In this document: positions 7,350 through 16,528 of the stretch, piece by piece | Layout: each line of letters starts with the position of its first letter | Position numbering within the stretch: position 1 is the first letter of the stretch | IMG/VR virus record: IMGVR_UViG_3300005573_000227 | Coordinates: 1 to 30,883 of that record | DNA length: 30,883 nucleotides | Reading direction: 5' to 3' (one strand) | From: a virus | Taxonomy: Duplodnaviria > Caudoviricetes | Program-made: the position numbers and the translations under genes | The notes under the pieces: generated by a model | Databases searched by the model: none | What the model was told of the DNA's origin: nothing | The model's input: only the letters and a program-made list of their open reading frames with translations

Positions 7350-10151
7350 ATGGGATACATTATACGATATTTAGCCGGCGGAATATGGTACGATATAAGC
7401 AATGCAACCTTTTTAGAAAAGACAGAAGAGCTTAACTGCTATGAAGAATGCACAATATCTTTCCCTAATACTGCAGAAAATAGAACACTCGTCTCTACGC
7501 CACAGCGAATAAAGGTCATTTATAACAACACAACGATATTCGATGGTCGATTTACGACTGTAAATTACAAGAAAGATTTTATCGAATTCACAGGTTACAC
7601 ACCAGCATTTTCTAAATTAAAACGAGCTGTATTCAATGGCGATTATTCAAACGGAATACCATTAAACACGCTTTTAGGTTATGTCTGTTCACAAGGCGGC
7701 GTTACTGCTGTATGCACTAAGACAGACACCATTAAAGCCAATTACAAATACCAATATTGTTGGGACATCATCACATCATTGGCGTCAATAGCTAATTGCG
7801 ACTTTTGGTCATATTACGGAAGCAATACAAGTGTTTCTGATATAAGATTAGAATTTGGAACAAAAGGAACAGCTTATCCTGAAGTTGATGTCGTTGGTAT
7901 AAATGATTGCACTAAAGATTCGAGTGATAAGATAACGAAAGTCATAGGCGTAGGCACTGATAGTGAAGGTAACGAAATCGTAGTAGAAGTAGGGAGCGGA
8001 ACAGAAAGTGTCTACGTATTCTACGAGTCAGATGTAACGGATCGAGCTACATTAACATCTAAAGCAAATAAACTATTGAACGAATACAGCAAAGATTACA
8101 CTGCAAGCAAAATACAGATAAGAGTCGATACTGGTTATAATCTAAAAGCGGGAGACACAATTTATATTAGCGATACAGAGCTCGGTCTTAGTGGTTATTA
8201 CAGGATTTATAAACTTAAAATGACGCCTCGGATCATAGAAGTCGATATAGAGAAGGTTACACTTGCGATTAGAAATGCTGTTAATACCCTCAGAGGAGTA
8301 AGAAGTATTATTATTTCATCTTCTGGGAAACCAATACCAGATACAACGCCTGATATACCGACATTCACTGCAGTTGCTGAAGAGACTGATACAGCGACTG
8401 AATTTAAAACGTGGATCACAATTAGTATTAATCGTGTTGATAAGGCAAGTGGTTATGTTGTTGAATACTGCAAATGCGACAATGCGGGCAATCCATTAGG
8501 AAATTCACAATACATAGATGTTCCGCAAACAGACAGTGATCACATAACTGTTTATACGCCGAATCTATTGCCATCACAATATTATTATGTTAGGGTTGCA
8601 AGCAAATCGCTTAAAGGTGTTATAGGAGACTATTCTGCAAAAGAAATCGTTCTTACAACGTCTAACAACACTCCACCTCCAGCACCAACAGGTGTTACTG
8701 TAACGCCTATTATGGGTGGTTTGTGGATTAAATGGGACGCATCTACGGCTGAAGATTTTGATCATTACGGCGTGTTTATCGGCACATCACCAGACATGTT
8801 GTTAGAAATAGCAAGCACAAAAAGCACGTATTATGAATATGCGGTTACTTCATCAAGCATGTATAGACAGCTTTACGTCGCTATAAAAGCATACGATGTT
8901 TCTGGTAACCCAAGTGCATTCTCTTCAATCGTAACAGCTACACCATTATATGTAAACTCATACGATCTATCAATAGAAGCAAGACCATGGTCAGCAAAGT
9001 TCAGAATATGGGAAGACTCTTCGGTCAAAGGTAAACTCTATTGGGACGATGGCAGTGGCGGTAACCCATCTATTAAATTCGCAGACGGAACGACAAAAAC
9101 ATTTAACAAAAACACAACTGGAACGACATACGGACAAGAAGTTAGATATTTCTATTATTTAAACGGCAATTCTACATTACAATCCTCGACAACATATTCA
9201 GATGTAGTCGGTTCAGGAAAGTGCTTTTTGGCTGTTGCAAATATAAAAACAGCCGCAGAAGAGAAAACATCAATATGGACTTTTAACTCATATTCGCCAA
9301 CAATCGGAACGGGTATATTAGCCGCTGGTATTATAGATGCTGTTCACATTAAGTCTGGTGCTATACAGACAGATCATTTGGCTGCAAGTGTAGTCACAAG
9401 CGATAAAATAACAAGTGATTTAATTTACGGTAAAGATTTCGCAACTGCACAAAACGTAGGACAGAGCGGAGGCCCTGCCGGAATTCGTTTCAACTCAAGC
9501 GGACTCGCTGGGTATACAGGCGGAACAAGCAAATCATTCGAAATCACCGCAAGCACTGGTGAGACAAAACTCGCTGGTGGCTATTTTAGTGCCGACAACT
9601 TAAGTTGCACATTTAAAGATATATCATATGGTGATCAAACAAAAATATGGAATTTTGTCGGTTATTGGAAAACTGAAGGAAGTCAAGGGAATCTATTCAA
9701 TCATTTTGAGATGTATCCAATAAGCCAAACTCGAGCTGGCGTTGCACAATTTGGACATTTATATGTTGTTCCATCACCAGATTTATGCTTAGATGAATAT
9801 GGTTATGGTTATTTAGGAACATCACATCAATACACATATTGGAAATACATCTATGGGTATTATGTTCGTTATAAAGACTTAGCGTCTTTCGAAAGCCTCG
9901 ATGACTTAGCTATTTTAAAATCAATAAAAGAAAAGGAGACAAAAGACGAGAAAGGTCACATCAAAAAAGTAATCGATAAAAATGACATTAAACATTTGCT
10001 AAGTGATGACGATTTCGGTGAAAACGACTTCTTTGATGCGGGTAAAGTTAGCGGTTTCGCACTATGCGTATCTAAAAAACTTTTAGAACGGATCGAGGAA
10101 TTAGAGAAAAAGATTGCGGAATTAGAAGATAAGCTTACGAAAACGCAATAG
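7350..10151 (+). CDS. Baseplate hub / central tail fibre with two FN3-like domains and C-terminal chaperone-like coiled coil
   Basis: N-terminal hub (about 300 aa, 'LKAGDTIYISD..LGL'); FN3-like 'NLLPSQYYYVRVAS', 'PPPAPTGVTVT', 'AYDVSGNPSAFS'; 10-residue fibre repeats 'GAIQTDHLAA'; terminal 'LLERIEELEKK'. Confidence 0.8.
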   Translation: MGYIIRYLAGGIWYDISNATFLEKTEELNCYEECTISFPNTAENRTLVSTPQRIKVIYNNTTIFDGRFTTVNYKKDFIEFTGYTPAFSKLKRAVFNGDYSNGIPLNTLLGYVCSQGGVTAVCTKTDTIKANYKYQYCWDIITSLASIANCDFWSYYGSNTSVSDIRLEFGTKGTAYPEVDVVGINDCTKDSSDKITKVIGVGTDSEGNEIVVEVGSGTESVYVFYESDVTDRATLTSKANKLLNEYSKDYTASKIQIRVDTGYNLKAGDTIYISDTELGLSGYYRIYKLKMTPRIIEVDIEKVTLAIRNAVNTLRGVRSIIISSSGKPIPDTTPDIPTFTAVAEETDTATEFKTWITISINRVDKASGYVVEYCKCDNAGNPLGNSQYIDVPQTDSDHITVYTPNLLPSQYYYVRVASKSLKGVIGDYSAKEIVLTTSNNTPPPAPTGVTVTPIMGGLWIKWDASTAEDFDHYGVFIGTSPDMLLEIASTKSTYYEYAVTSSSMYRQLYVAIKAYDVSGNPSAFSSIVTATPLYVNSYDLSIEARPWSAKFRIWEDSSVKGKLYWDDGSGGNPSIKFADGTTKTFNKNTTGTTYGQEVRYFYYLNGNSTLQSSTTYSDVVGSGKCFLAVANIKTAAEEKTSIWTFNSYSPTIGTGILAAGIIDAVHIKSGAIQTDHLAASVVTSDKITSDLIYGKDFATAQNVGQSGGPAGIRFNSSGLAGYTGGTSKSFEITASTGETKLAGGYFSADNLSCTFKDISYGDQTKIWNFVGYWKTEGSQGNLFNHFEMYPISQTRAGVAQFGHLYVVPSPDLCLDEYGYGYLGTSHQYTYWKYIYGYYVRYKDLASFESLDDLAILKSIKEKETKDEKGHIKKVIDKNDIKHLLSDDDFGENDFFDAGKVSGFALCVSKKLLERIEELEKKIAELEDKLTKTQ

Positions 10152-10152
10152 T

Positions 10153-10372
10153 GTCGTATTTCTATTATAGTTATTCGTATATTATATTACGAATTATAAT
10201 AGTAAATTAAGCAAATTACTTATTTTATTCGTATAGATTTTACGATATTTTTAGCACTTTTCACGGATTATCATTTTTTACACAAAACTCCTATACTAAA
10301 TGACTAAAAAACGCAAAAGTTTGATGATTTAAATACTATTTTGTCTAATTTTAGACACTAAAAACCATGCAA
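10153..10372 (+). repeat. Intergenic repeat B, copy 1 (inverted relative to 20670-20855)
   Basis: 10301-10333 matches the reverse complement of 20676-20708 at 30/33, including an exact 20-mer CAAAAGTTTGATGATTTAAA. Further collinear blocks: GTCGTATT(T)CTATT and TACGATATTTT. Confidence 0.85.
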
Positions 10373-10415
10373 AAATTATATATTAAGATGTTTATTTTAT
10401 ATAAGAGCTGATGAT

Positions 10416-12101
10416 ATGAGCGTTATAGACATAATAAAGCGACGATTTCAACGATATGGCAAATCAGAATCAATTGATATGATACCACGACCTGTTGATT
10501 TGGCTTATGGAACACGTGGTGTATCTGATATTGCGAAATTACCATCAATACCGATCTATACGTTCGAGTTTTGTGCACAAATGTATACGAACAGCGATTT
10601 ATTGAGGACAATCATACGAAACATAACATTCGAGACATTCAGGAATGGCTTGAACATCGTAGCTAAATACGTCAAAAAATGTGTTTATTGCGGAACAGAA
10701 TATCAAACTGGTGTCACTAACTGTAATGTGTGTGGAAGTAATGATTTCATAGAGCCTAACTACACAGAATATAACAAACTCGAGAAACTGCTCAATGATG
10801 TAAACCTAAACGATCAATCGCTTTTAGAAGTATTACAGGAAATCGATACTGATGTTAATCTATTCGATAATGCATTCTTATCCGTTGTAAAAGAATACAA
10901 TTTTAATGATGATGGTGAAGTAATCGGATCAGAAGTCAGAGAAATCATACGATCACCGCCTGATAGAGTCGAATTAATCGTAGACAAAAGCGGTCGTTTT
11001 GCTCATTCTGATAACGATGAATTCATTGTTTTTTGTTTAGAACATAGAGACAAATATCATGCAGTTAAGCCAGAAGATTATAAAGAAAAGCGACCAAAAT
11101 GCCCTATATGCGGCAAGCGAATGTATCCGGCTTATTACAGATATAAAAAGAAGTCTGGTCAGCAATACATCTATTACACTAATGGTGAAATGTTACACAT
11201 AAAGAAATTTACAACGGGTATAGGTTACGGTGTGTCGCCTGTATTTACTGTTGCAATGAAACTTCTAATTTTGCTAAAAATGGATTATTTTGTTCTAACT
11301 GCATATCATTTGCAGAGACCACCTAAGATGTTGTTATTCATTAAAATGAACCCTGAAACAGTAGAAAAAGCATGGAAAAAAGCAATGTTAGAAGCAGAAA
11401 GAAATCCGCATATGATCTATCCGTTTGCAGTTGAAGGACTTAAAGACGTCAAGAACATCGTTGAGAAAGTCGATTTATCGATTAAACCAGCTGATGTCGA
11501 TTTCATTCAATACAGAGAAGAGCTTAGAAAATCTATTGGTGCGGCATGGGGTGTCATGCCGATATTCACTGGTGAAGGCGGTGGTCAAGGCTTAGGTAAT
11601 GAAGGAATACAAATACTTGTTACAAATAGAACAGTTAAAGTCGAACAGCAATTGTTCAATGAGAAGATATTACCGTGGTTGTGTAAAACAATAGGAATAA
11701 GGGATTGGCTCATACAACTCGTTCCGAATGAAGGTCGTGACATCGTAGCAAGAATACAAAGAGAACAAATGCGTTTGCAGATCGCACAGCAGATGAATGC
11801 ATTAGGCTATAAACCAGTTGCTAAGATGACCGAAGACGGACTCGATTTCGATTACTTTGAAGTAACCGATGAAGGTTATGAAGCAATCAGTGTAGGAACA
11901 ACTGGAAGACACATATCGCCACGTAGAATGCCAAGATTTGAAGGAGAACCTGAACACGGAAGAGCAAGAACAGAAGATCAACGTTTCCAAGGCGAACCAA
12001 CAGGCGTAAGGAAACCAAAAACTAACGTTGTTGGGACAATTGGCGATTTGTATGGCGATCAAGGTATGGAGACAAGAACAGACACAGGTGAAGAAGAATG
12101 A
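10416..12101 (+). CDS. Portal protein with two zinc-ribbon insertions
   Basis: 'D.NLFDNAFL', 'EMLHIKKF..GIGYGVSPV', 'DVDFIQYREELRKSIGAAWGVMPIF', 'QQLFNEKILPWL' fit portal motifs; CVYC/CNVC and CLEH/CPIC insertions. Confidence 0.85.
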   Translation: MSVIDIIKRRFQRYGKSESIDMIPRPVDLAYGTRGVSDIAKLPSIPIYTFEFCAQMYTNSDLLRTIIRNITFETFRNGLNIVAKYVKKCVYCGTEYQTGVTNCNVCGSNDFIEPNYTEYNKLEKLLNDVNLNDQSLLEVLQEIDTDVNLFDNAFLSVVKEYNFNDDGEVIGSEVREIIRSPPDRVELIVDKSGRFAHSDNDEFIVFCLEHRDKYHAVKPEDYKEKRPKCPICGKRMYPAYYRYKKKSGQQYIYYTNGEMLHIKKFTTGIGYGVSPVFTVAMKLLILLKMDYFVLTAYHLQRPPKMLLFIKMNPETVEKAWKKAMLEAERNPHMIYPFAVEGLKDVKNIVEKVDLSIKPADVDFIQYREELRKSIGAAWGVMPIFTGEGGGQGLGNEGIQILVTNRTVKVEQQLFNEKILPWLCKTIGIRDWLIQLVPNEGRDIVARIQREQMRLQIAQQMNALGYKPVAKMTEDGLDFDYFEVTDEGYEAISVGTTGRHISPRRMPRFEGEPEHGRARTEDQRFQGEPTGVRKPKTNVVGTIGDLYGDQGMETRTDTGEEE

Positions 12102-13525
12102 TACCGATCGCAATCATTCCTGATGATGAAATCGATATCAAAAAGCAAGACGAAGAGCCTGTGCCAAAAGAATACAGAATCTATTTATCATCAATTACAA
12201 ACCCATCTAAATTACCAAAAAACTTGCCAGTATATCAAGGAACACGAGGCGGATACTATATAGACTCAAGAATGTTAAGCAGAGAAGCCTTAGAAGAAAT
12301 CGGTTATATGCCTGAAGAAGAGAAGCCACAAGAAACAAAGCCAACTGAAGGGCAAGAAAGAATCCCTGAAGAGCAAGAAGAAAGGGGCAAAGAGCCAAAA
12401 GAAGAAAAGAAGCCACGTAGAAGAAAAGAAAAAGAAGAGTATGACATCGTTCTTGTTCGTTCTACAAAAAAACGATATGATGATATTAGAAAAGATGGGA
12501 AGAAGAATGAAATGGTTATAAATTTCGTTAAAAAAAATAAGAAATACACAGAAGAAGAGTTTACACAAAAAGTTGCAAAAGCGTCAATTGCTTTATCACC
12601 AGAGCACACTGAAGCAGAAAGCGTAATCAATACGGAAGAAGTGCTATCGGTTTTAGAAAAGATATTAGGTCTTTTAGAAGAAGGAGATCGGTATCATAGA
12701 TTGATTAAACCAGAAAATGAAGAAGAGCTATTGCCATATGTTCAAGAAGTAAAAGAGACAATTGAATTCTCTCAATCCGTATTTGAAGAAATATACGGTG
12801 AAGAGACAACGGTTTACAGACCATTAACAGAAAGCGAACAGATACAGATGTTCATGCAGACGGTTGTTGAAGGCGAAAAGGCTCTCGAAAAGCCATTTTC
12901 AATTGGCGGTGCAGTAGTTTCAACATTCGCAAAAAAAGAAGCTGTTGAAGGATTTGGTGTTCCTGTTGCAGAAATAAAACTCAGGAAAGAGAATGTCATC
13001 AGTGGTCATTGGATGTTCTCGCCTGAACGTGCAGAATTACAAGAGATTGTCGCTTTAGTGCCGAAAGAAGGATTTCAAATTTCTAAAATAGAATTCGGTG
13101 GTAGGGCTTTAGAGTTACCGCAATTTGCACCAATACAGAAAGGACTTGAAATTGCTAAAGCGCACGCATCAAAAGAAATCAGAAGTGTATACGACATTTA
13201 TTTGACATTCAGAAGCGTTTACAACAAAAACGTCTTCTCTAAAGCCGCACTATACAATTCAGAGTTATTCTTTAAATTCTATAAAAAAGCAATCGACATA
13301 TACAAAAAGGGAAGGAAGAAAACAACACACTTAGGCACATTTGAAGAAAGGCGTTATGTTGCTGGTTTACTTAAAATGATTACGAACATTACACAAAAAA
13401 GCGTATTAGAAGCTGCCATGGCAAAAAGAGAGATTATGGCACCTGATAAATATGAAGAGTTAGAAAACTATGTGCTTAGATTAAGAAGGCAACTAAGAGA
13501 GCCATCAGAGGTGTTAGCACCATGA
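12098..13525 (+). CDS. Putative head-associated protein with ADP-ribosyltransferase-like (R-S-E) domain
   Basis: ATGA-coupled to portal; 'YQGTRGGYY' N-terminal motif, acidic linker, then 'TVYRPL', 'VSTFAKKEAVEGFG', 'ELQEIVAL' in ART order. Confidence 0.45.
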   Translation: MIPIAIIPDDEIDIKKQDEEPVPKEYRIYLSSITNPSKLPKNLPVYQGTRGGYYIDSRMLSREALEEIGYMPEEEKPQETKPTEGQERIPEEQEERGKEPKEEKKPRRRKEKEEYDIVLVRSTKKRYDDIRKDGKKNEMVINFVKKNKKYTEEEFTQKVAKASIALSPEHTEAESVINTEEVLSVLEKILGLLEEGDRYHRLIKPENEEELLPYVQEVKETIEFSQSVFEEIYGEETTVYRPLTESEQIQMFMQTVVEGEKALEKPFSIGGAVVSTFAKKEAVEGFGVPVAEIKLRKENVISGHWMFSPERAELQEIVALVPKEGFQISKIEFGGRALELPQFAPIQKGLEIAKAHASKEIRSVYDIYLTFRSVYNKNVFSKAALYNSELFFKFYKKAIDIYKKGRKKTTHLGTFEERRYVAGLLKMITNITQKSVLEAAMAKREIMAPDKYEELENYVLRLRRQLREPSEVLAP

Positions 13526-14877
13526 GTGATGAGCAATACGATATCTTAAATAACCGTCTGTTAATACCGTTCGAATATATTGAAGAAGAAAGCATAAATC
13601 ACCTATTAAAGCCAAAAAAAGAAGTATTGCAATTAGAAAAAAGGGATGGGAAGCACTCTTTTCTTTGGTATGACACTGGTTTATCGTTAGATCATGCATT
13701 ATCTCTTGGGTCTAAAGGAAACGTTGTCTATTATTTCACGGAATATAGAACACGCTATCCGCATATTGAAGACTACATAAGCGGTTATGGATTTAACGAA
13801 ATACAAAAAGTGATGGATTACGGCACTGTCTTGGATAACGTAGATGTAATAGTCTTTTCTGATGTTGGATTCGCAACGTTTTCGAATTACTTAAGAAAGC
13901 ATGGTAAAGCCGTATTCGGAGCTTCAATTCTTGGTGAACAGTTAGAAAATGATAGAGTCTTCATGTTATCTACGATGCAGAAATTGGGTATTAAAGTGCC
14001 ACAACATACTATTCTACAAGGCAAAAAAGCACTGTTAGATCATGCAGAAAAATACGGATTCCCGTTTTACGTCAAACTCAATATCTTTAGAGGTAATTTT
14101 GAAACAATGAAAGTCAATTCGATGAGCGAGCTAATGCTTGCTTTAGAAGAAAGCAAATTCGGTATGTTATGCGATGAATTGACGTTCATCGTTACAAAAC
14201 CAGTTAAAGGTGTAGAAATTGGTGTTGATACGTTCTTCAACGGTAACGAATTTCTATATCCAATTAATTTTGGCAATGAAGTCAAAGGAACAGGTTCACA
14301 ACACAATAAGATCGTAGATGAATGCGTATGGGATGATGTGTTAATCTCTTTAGAAGAATACTTGAAGAATAGCGGTTATCGTGGTGCAATATCATTCGAA
14401 GGAATATACGACGGTAACGACATATCATTACTTGACGTAACTGCAAGATTGTTCTATCCCGCAAGTAGCATTTACCCAGCTAATTTAGAAAACTACGATG
14501 ATGTGATATATGCGGTCGCAAATGGTGAACATATTATTCCGAAGTTTAAAAAGAAATACGCTGTCACGTTCGTTATGACCAGAGAAAGAGAGAGTCGATG
14601 GACAAAAATCAATATGGAATCACCCGAGCTATTCAATACGAACGTCTTCTTCCCACGTGGTGTTATAAAAACGAACGATGAGATATGGGCAGTGCCTAAT
14701 GATCGTATCATTGCGGTTGTAGTCGGTTTAGGCGATAGCTATAACGAATCATTACAAGAAGCAATACGTATATCAAAAACACTATCTGCTAACGAATCTG
14801 CAATTGATTATTCATCCGTAGAACGGTATAAAGAAGATTACTTGACCGAATTAGAGAATTACGGTATAGTCTTCTGA
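13522..14877 (+). CDS. PurD-like ATP-grasp ligase (substrate unknown)
   Basis: 'DVIVFSDVG', 'LRKHGKAVFGAS...LENDRVF', 'GIKVP', 'PFYVK', 'GVEIG', 'GYRGAI', 'LLDVTARL' follow the GAR-synthetase-like ATP-grasp layout but are highly diverged. Confidence 0.75.
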   Translation: MSDEQYDILNNRLLIPFEYIEEESINHLLKPKKEVLQLEKRDGKHSFLWYDTGLSLDHALSLGSKGNVVYYFTEYRTRYPHIEDYISGYGFNEIQKVMDYGTVLDNVDVIVFSDVGFATFSNYLRKHGKAVFGASILGEQLENDRVFMLSTMQKLGIKVPQHTILQGKKALLDHAEKYGFPFYVKLNIFRGNFETMKVNSMSELMLALEESKFGMLCDELTFIVTKPVKGVEIGVDTFFNGNEFLYPINFGNEVKGTGSQHNKIVDECVWDDVLISLEEYLKNSGYRGAISFEGIYDGNDISLLDVTARLFYPASSIYPANLENYDDVIYAVANGEHIIPKFKKKYAVTFVMTRERESRWTKINMESPELFNTNVFFPRGVIKTNDEIWAVPNDRIIAVVVGLGDSYNESLQEAIRISKTLSANESAIDYSSVERYKEDYLTELENYGIVF

Positions 14878-14962
14878 TTACGCTCTTTTTTATTCATTTT
14901 CATGCTTTAAAAAGTATTAGATACGGTTAGCTTGCTAAAGAATAGCATACTCGCTTTCTATA

Positions 14963-15039
14963 ACGCATTTAAATCAATTTATAGAAGAGTTTATTTTAAA
15001 ACGTAGGATGATATGCCTTAATAGTTAAAATCTTCTATA
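14963..15039. repeat. Intergenic repeat A, copy 2
   Basis: 34-bp exact match to 3789-3822. TATAGAAGAGTTTA (14980-14993) pairs 13/14 with TAAAATCTTCTATA (15026-15039), with a 32-nt spacer as in copy 1. Confidence 0.9.
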
Positions 15040-15257
15040 TTTTGCTCTAAATCGTTATTAAGCTTATTTTTTCGATAAAGGTCGGCTATACGCACAAAAC
15101 AAACAGCTTTTTTGATAGTTTTGCATGTTAGGATTTGTTTTATATTCGTCGCAATGTAATGGCAATACTGCTCTTCTATTCTCTTTTATGATGATCTTTT
15201 TTGCCTCGCAATAGAAATACTGCATGTTTAACAAAATAGATGAAACTGTATATATAT

Positions 15258-15902
15258 TTAATTGAATAACTTTCTAAAGAATGATTTGACTCGCTCTACA
15301 AAACTACACGTCTTCGGTTCAGGCATTTCATCTTTTAAATAGCATCTTAACACTTTTATATCGTTTTCCAATAGAACAGCGCCTAAAATATTACCAGACA
15401 ATAACAGTTTACCGATTAGACATTTACCGTATTTAACTGTCTCGTTATATGCGATTTTCCAATCCTTACTTTCCAAGAACACTTTAAAACCGTATGAAGA
15501 AAAGTCTGCAAATGCTTTATTTCCGTATGTCGTGAAAGAGAATTCCTTTTCGTATCCCCAATAGACATTACATCCTTTACTGCATGCAAGTTTACCAAGC
15601 TTTTTTGCTGATAGACACGCCATCGTATAGCATATTTTGTCTTTAAGAACGTGAACATTAATTCCAGAAATGACAGCTGATGTCTTTGATCCCCATAATG
15701 CACCTTCACTTCCATGATCGTAAAAGATGAAGATGTCGCCTCTTAACAATGCATGTTCAACTTCATGACGTCCGACTTCTCTATCACCGATATAGACTAC
15801 ATCGTATCCTTTGTTTTTCAATTCATTATACAGTGATTTAGCCCAAGATGACGAATAGTTTGTTGCCTCATCGTATCGTGGTGCTATAATTATGATCCTC
15901 AT
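15258..15902 (-). CDS. Clan CD (caspase/gingipain C25-like) cysteine peptidase
   Basis: Hydrophobic strand plus His-Gly (IFIFYDHG, H63), hydrophobic strand plus Ala-Cys (CYTMAC, C96), then 'LG...GC..YWGY'. Confidence 0.7.
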   Translation of the reverse strand: MRIIIIAPRYDEATNYSSSWAKSLYNELKNKGYDVVYIGDREVGRHEVEHALLRGDIFIFYDHGSEGALWGSKTSAVISGINVHVLKDKICYTMACLSAKKLGKLACSKGCNVYWGYEKEFSFTTYGNKAFADFSSYGFKVFLESKDWKIAYNETVKYGKCLIGKLLLSGNILGAVLLENDIKVLRCYLKDEMPEPKTCSFVERVKSFFRKLFN

Positions 15903-16159
15903 TGGACGAAACGCTCCAAACTCTCTTTGTGTTCTTTTATGAGAGTTGAAACAGATTCATTAAACAATGTAATCAGTTTCTTATTACCGTTCTTTATTTC
16001 TTTTATTAGTTCAGAATATTTGTAGAATTTGCCACAAATGAAGACTTCGTTATCGCCTTCACGTTCGATTTGTTTTTCTATCAGTCTAACAGTCAAATCA
16101 TTAATATTAGAAAAATTAAAAAAAGAAGAAGAAGGTTTATCTCTCTTTTTAAGCAACAT
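15899..16159 (-). CDS. Small hypothetical protein
   Basis: 86 aa, overlaps both neighbours (TAATG and ATGA). Confidence 0.55.
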   Translation of the reverse strand: MLLKKRDKPSSSFFNFSNINDLTVRLIEKQIEREGDNEVFICGKFYKYSELIKEIKNGNKKLITLFNESVSTLIKEHKESLERFVQ

Positions 16160-16524
16160 TAAATTCCCAGCACCATGAAGGATACTGTTTTACCGCTTAT
16201 TTCCGAAGAGCTATTCGCCAATTCTCCTAACGCACCAGCTGAGCTACCTGTGCCGTAAAACTGAATCTTACCTGTTGATGTGTTGTAGTAAGGGACATAA
16301 CCAGAAACCGTTGTTCCAATTGGCGAGATAACAATTGGGTTATTTATGCCACTTGCGGCTTTGATTGCACTAAGCACTGCGATACCACCTGTGGCATATG
16401 TCTCTGAGCTTCCAAATGTAGCCGTGACAAAGTTTAGTTTGATCCTCGAAATTATATACTCGCCAAATTTCGCTCCTCTGATTCCTTTCGTCCGTGTGTC
16501 ACTTGTAACGGTTACCATATTCAT
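16159..16524 (-). CDS. Putative capsid decoration protein
   Basis: Immediately downstream of MCP; Gly/Ser/Thr-rich with 'YATGG', 'GKIQFY' and 'ELAN' motifs. Confidence 0.6.
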   Translation of the reverse strand: MNMVTVTSDTRTKGIRGAKFGEYIISRIKLNFVTATFGSSETYATGGIAVLSAIKAASGINNPIVISPIGTTVSGYVPYYNTSTGKIQFYGTGSSAGALGELANSSSEISGKTVSFMVLGI

Positions 16525-16528
16525 TCCC

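Noticed and set aside
2741-10151. Diversity-generating retroelement acting on adhesin or fibre genes
   Set aside because: No reverse transcriptase and no template/variable repeat pair was noticed.
13522-14877. Bona fide purD auxiliary metabolic gene
   Set aside because: PurD substrate-binding glycine motifs are missing and no other pur genes are present, so no gene symbol was assigned.
3789-15039. CRISPR repeat or attL/attR pair for the 34-bp direct repeat
   Set aside because: Only two copies 11 kb apart. The enclosed DNA holds essential tail and portal genes, and no integrase or tRNA is adjacent.
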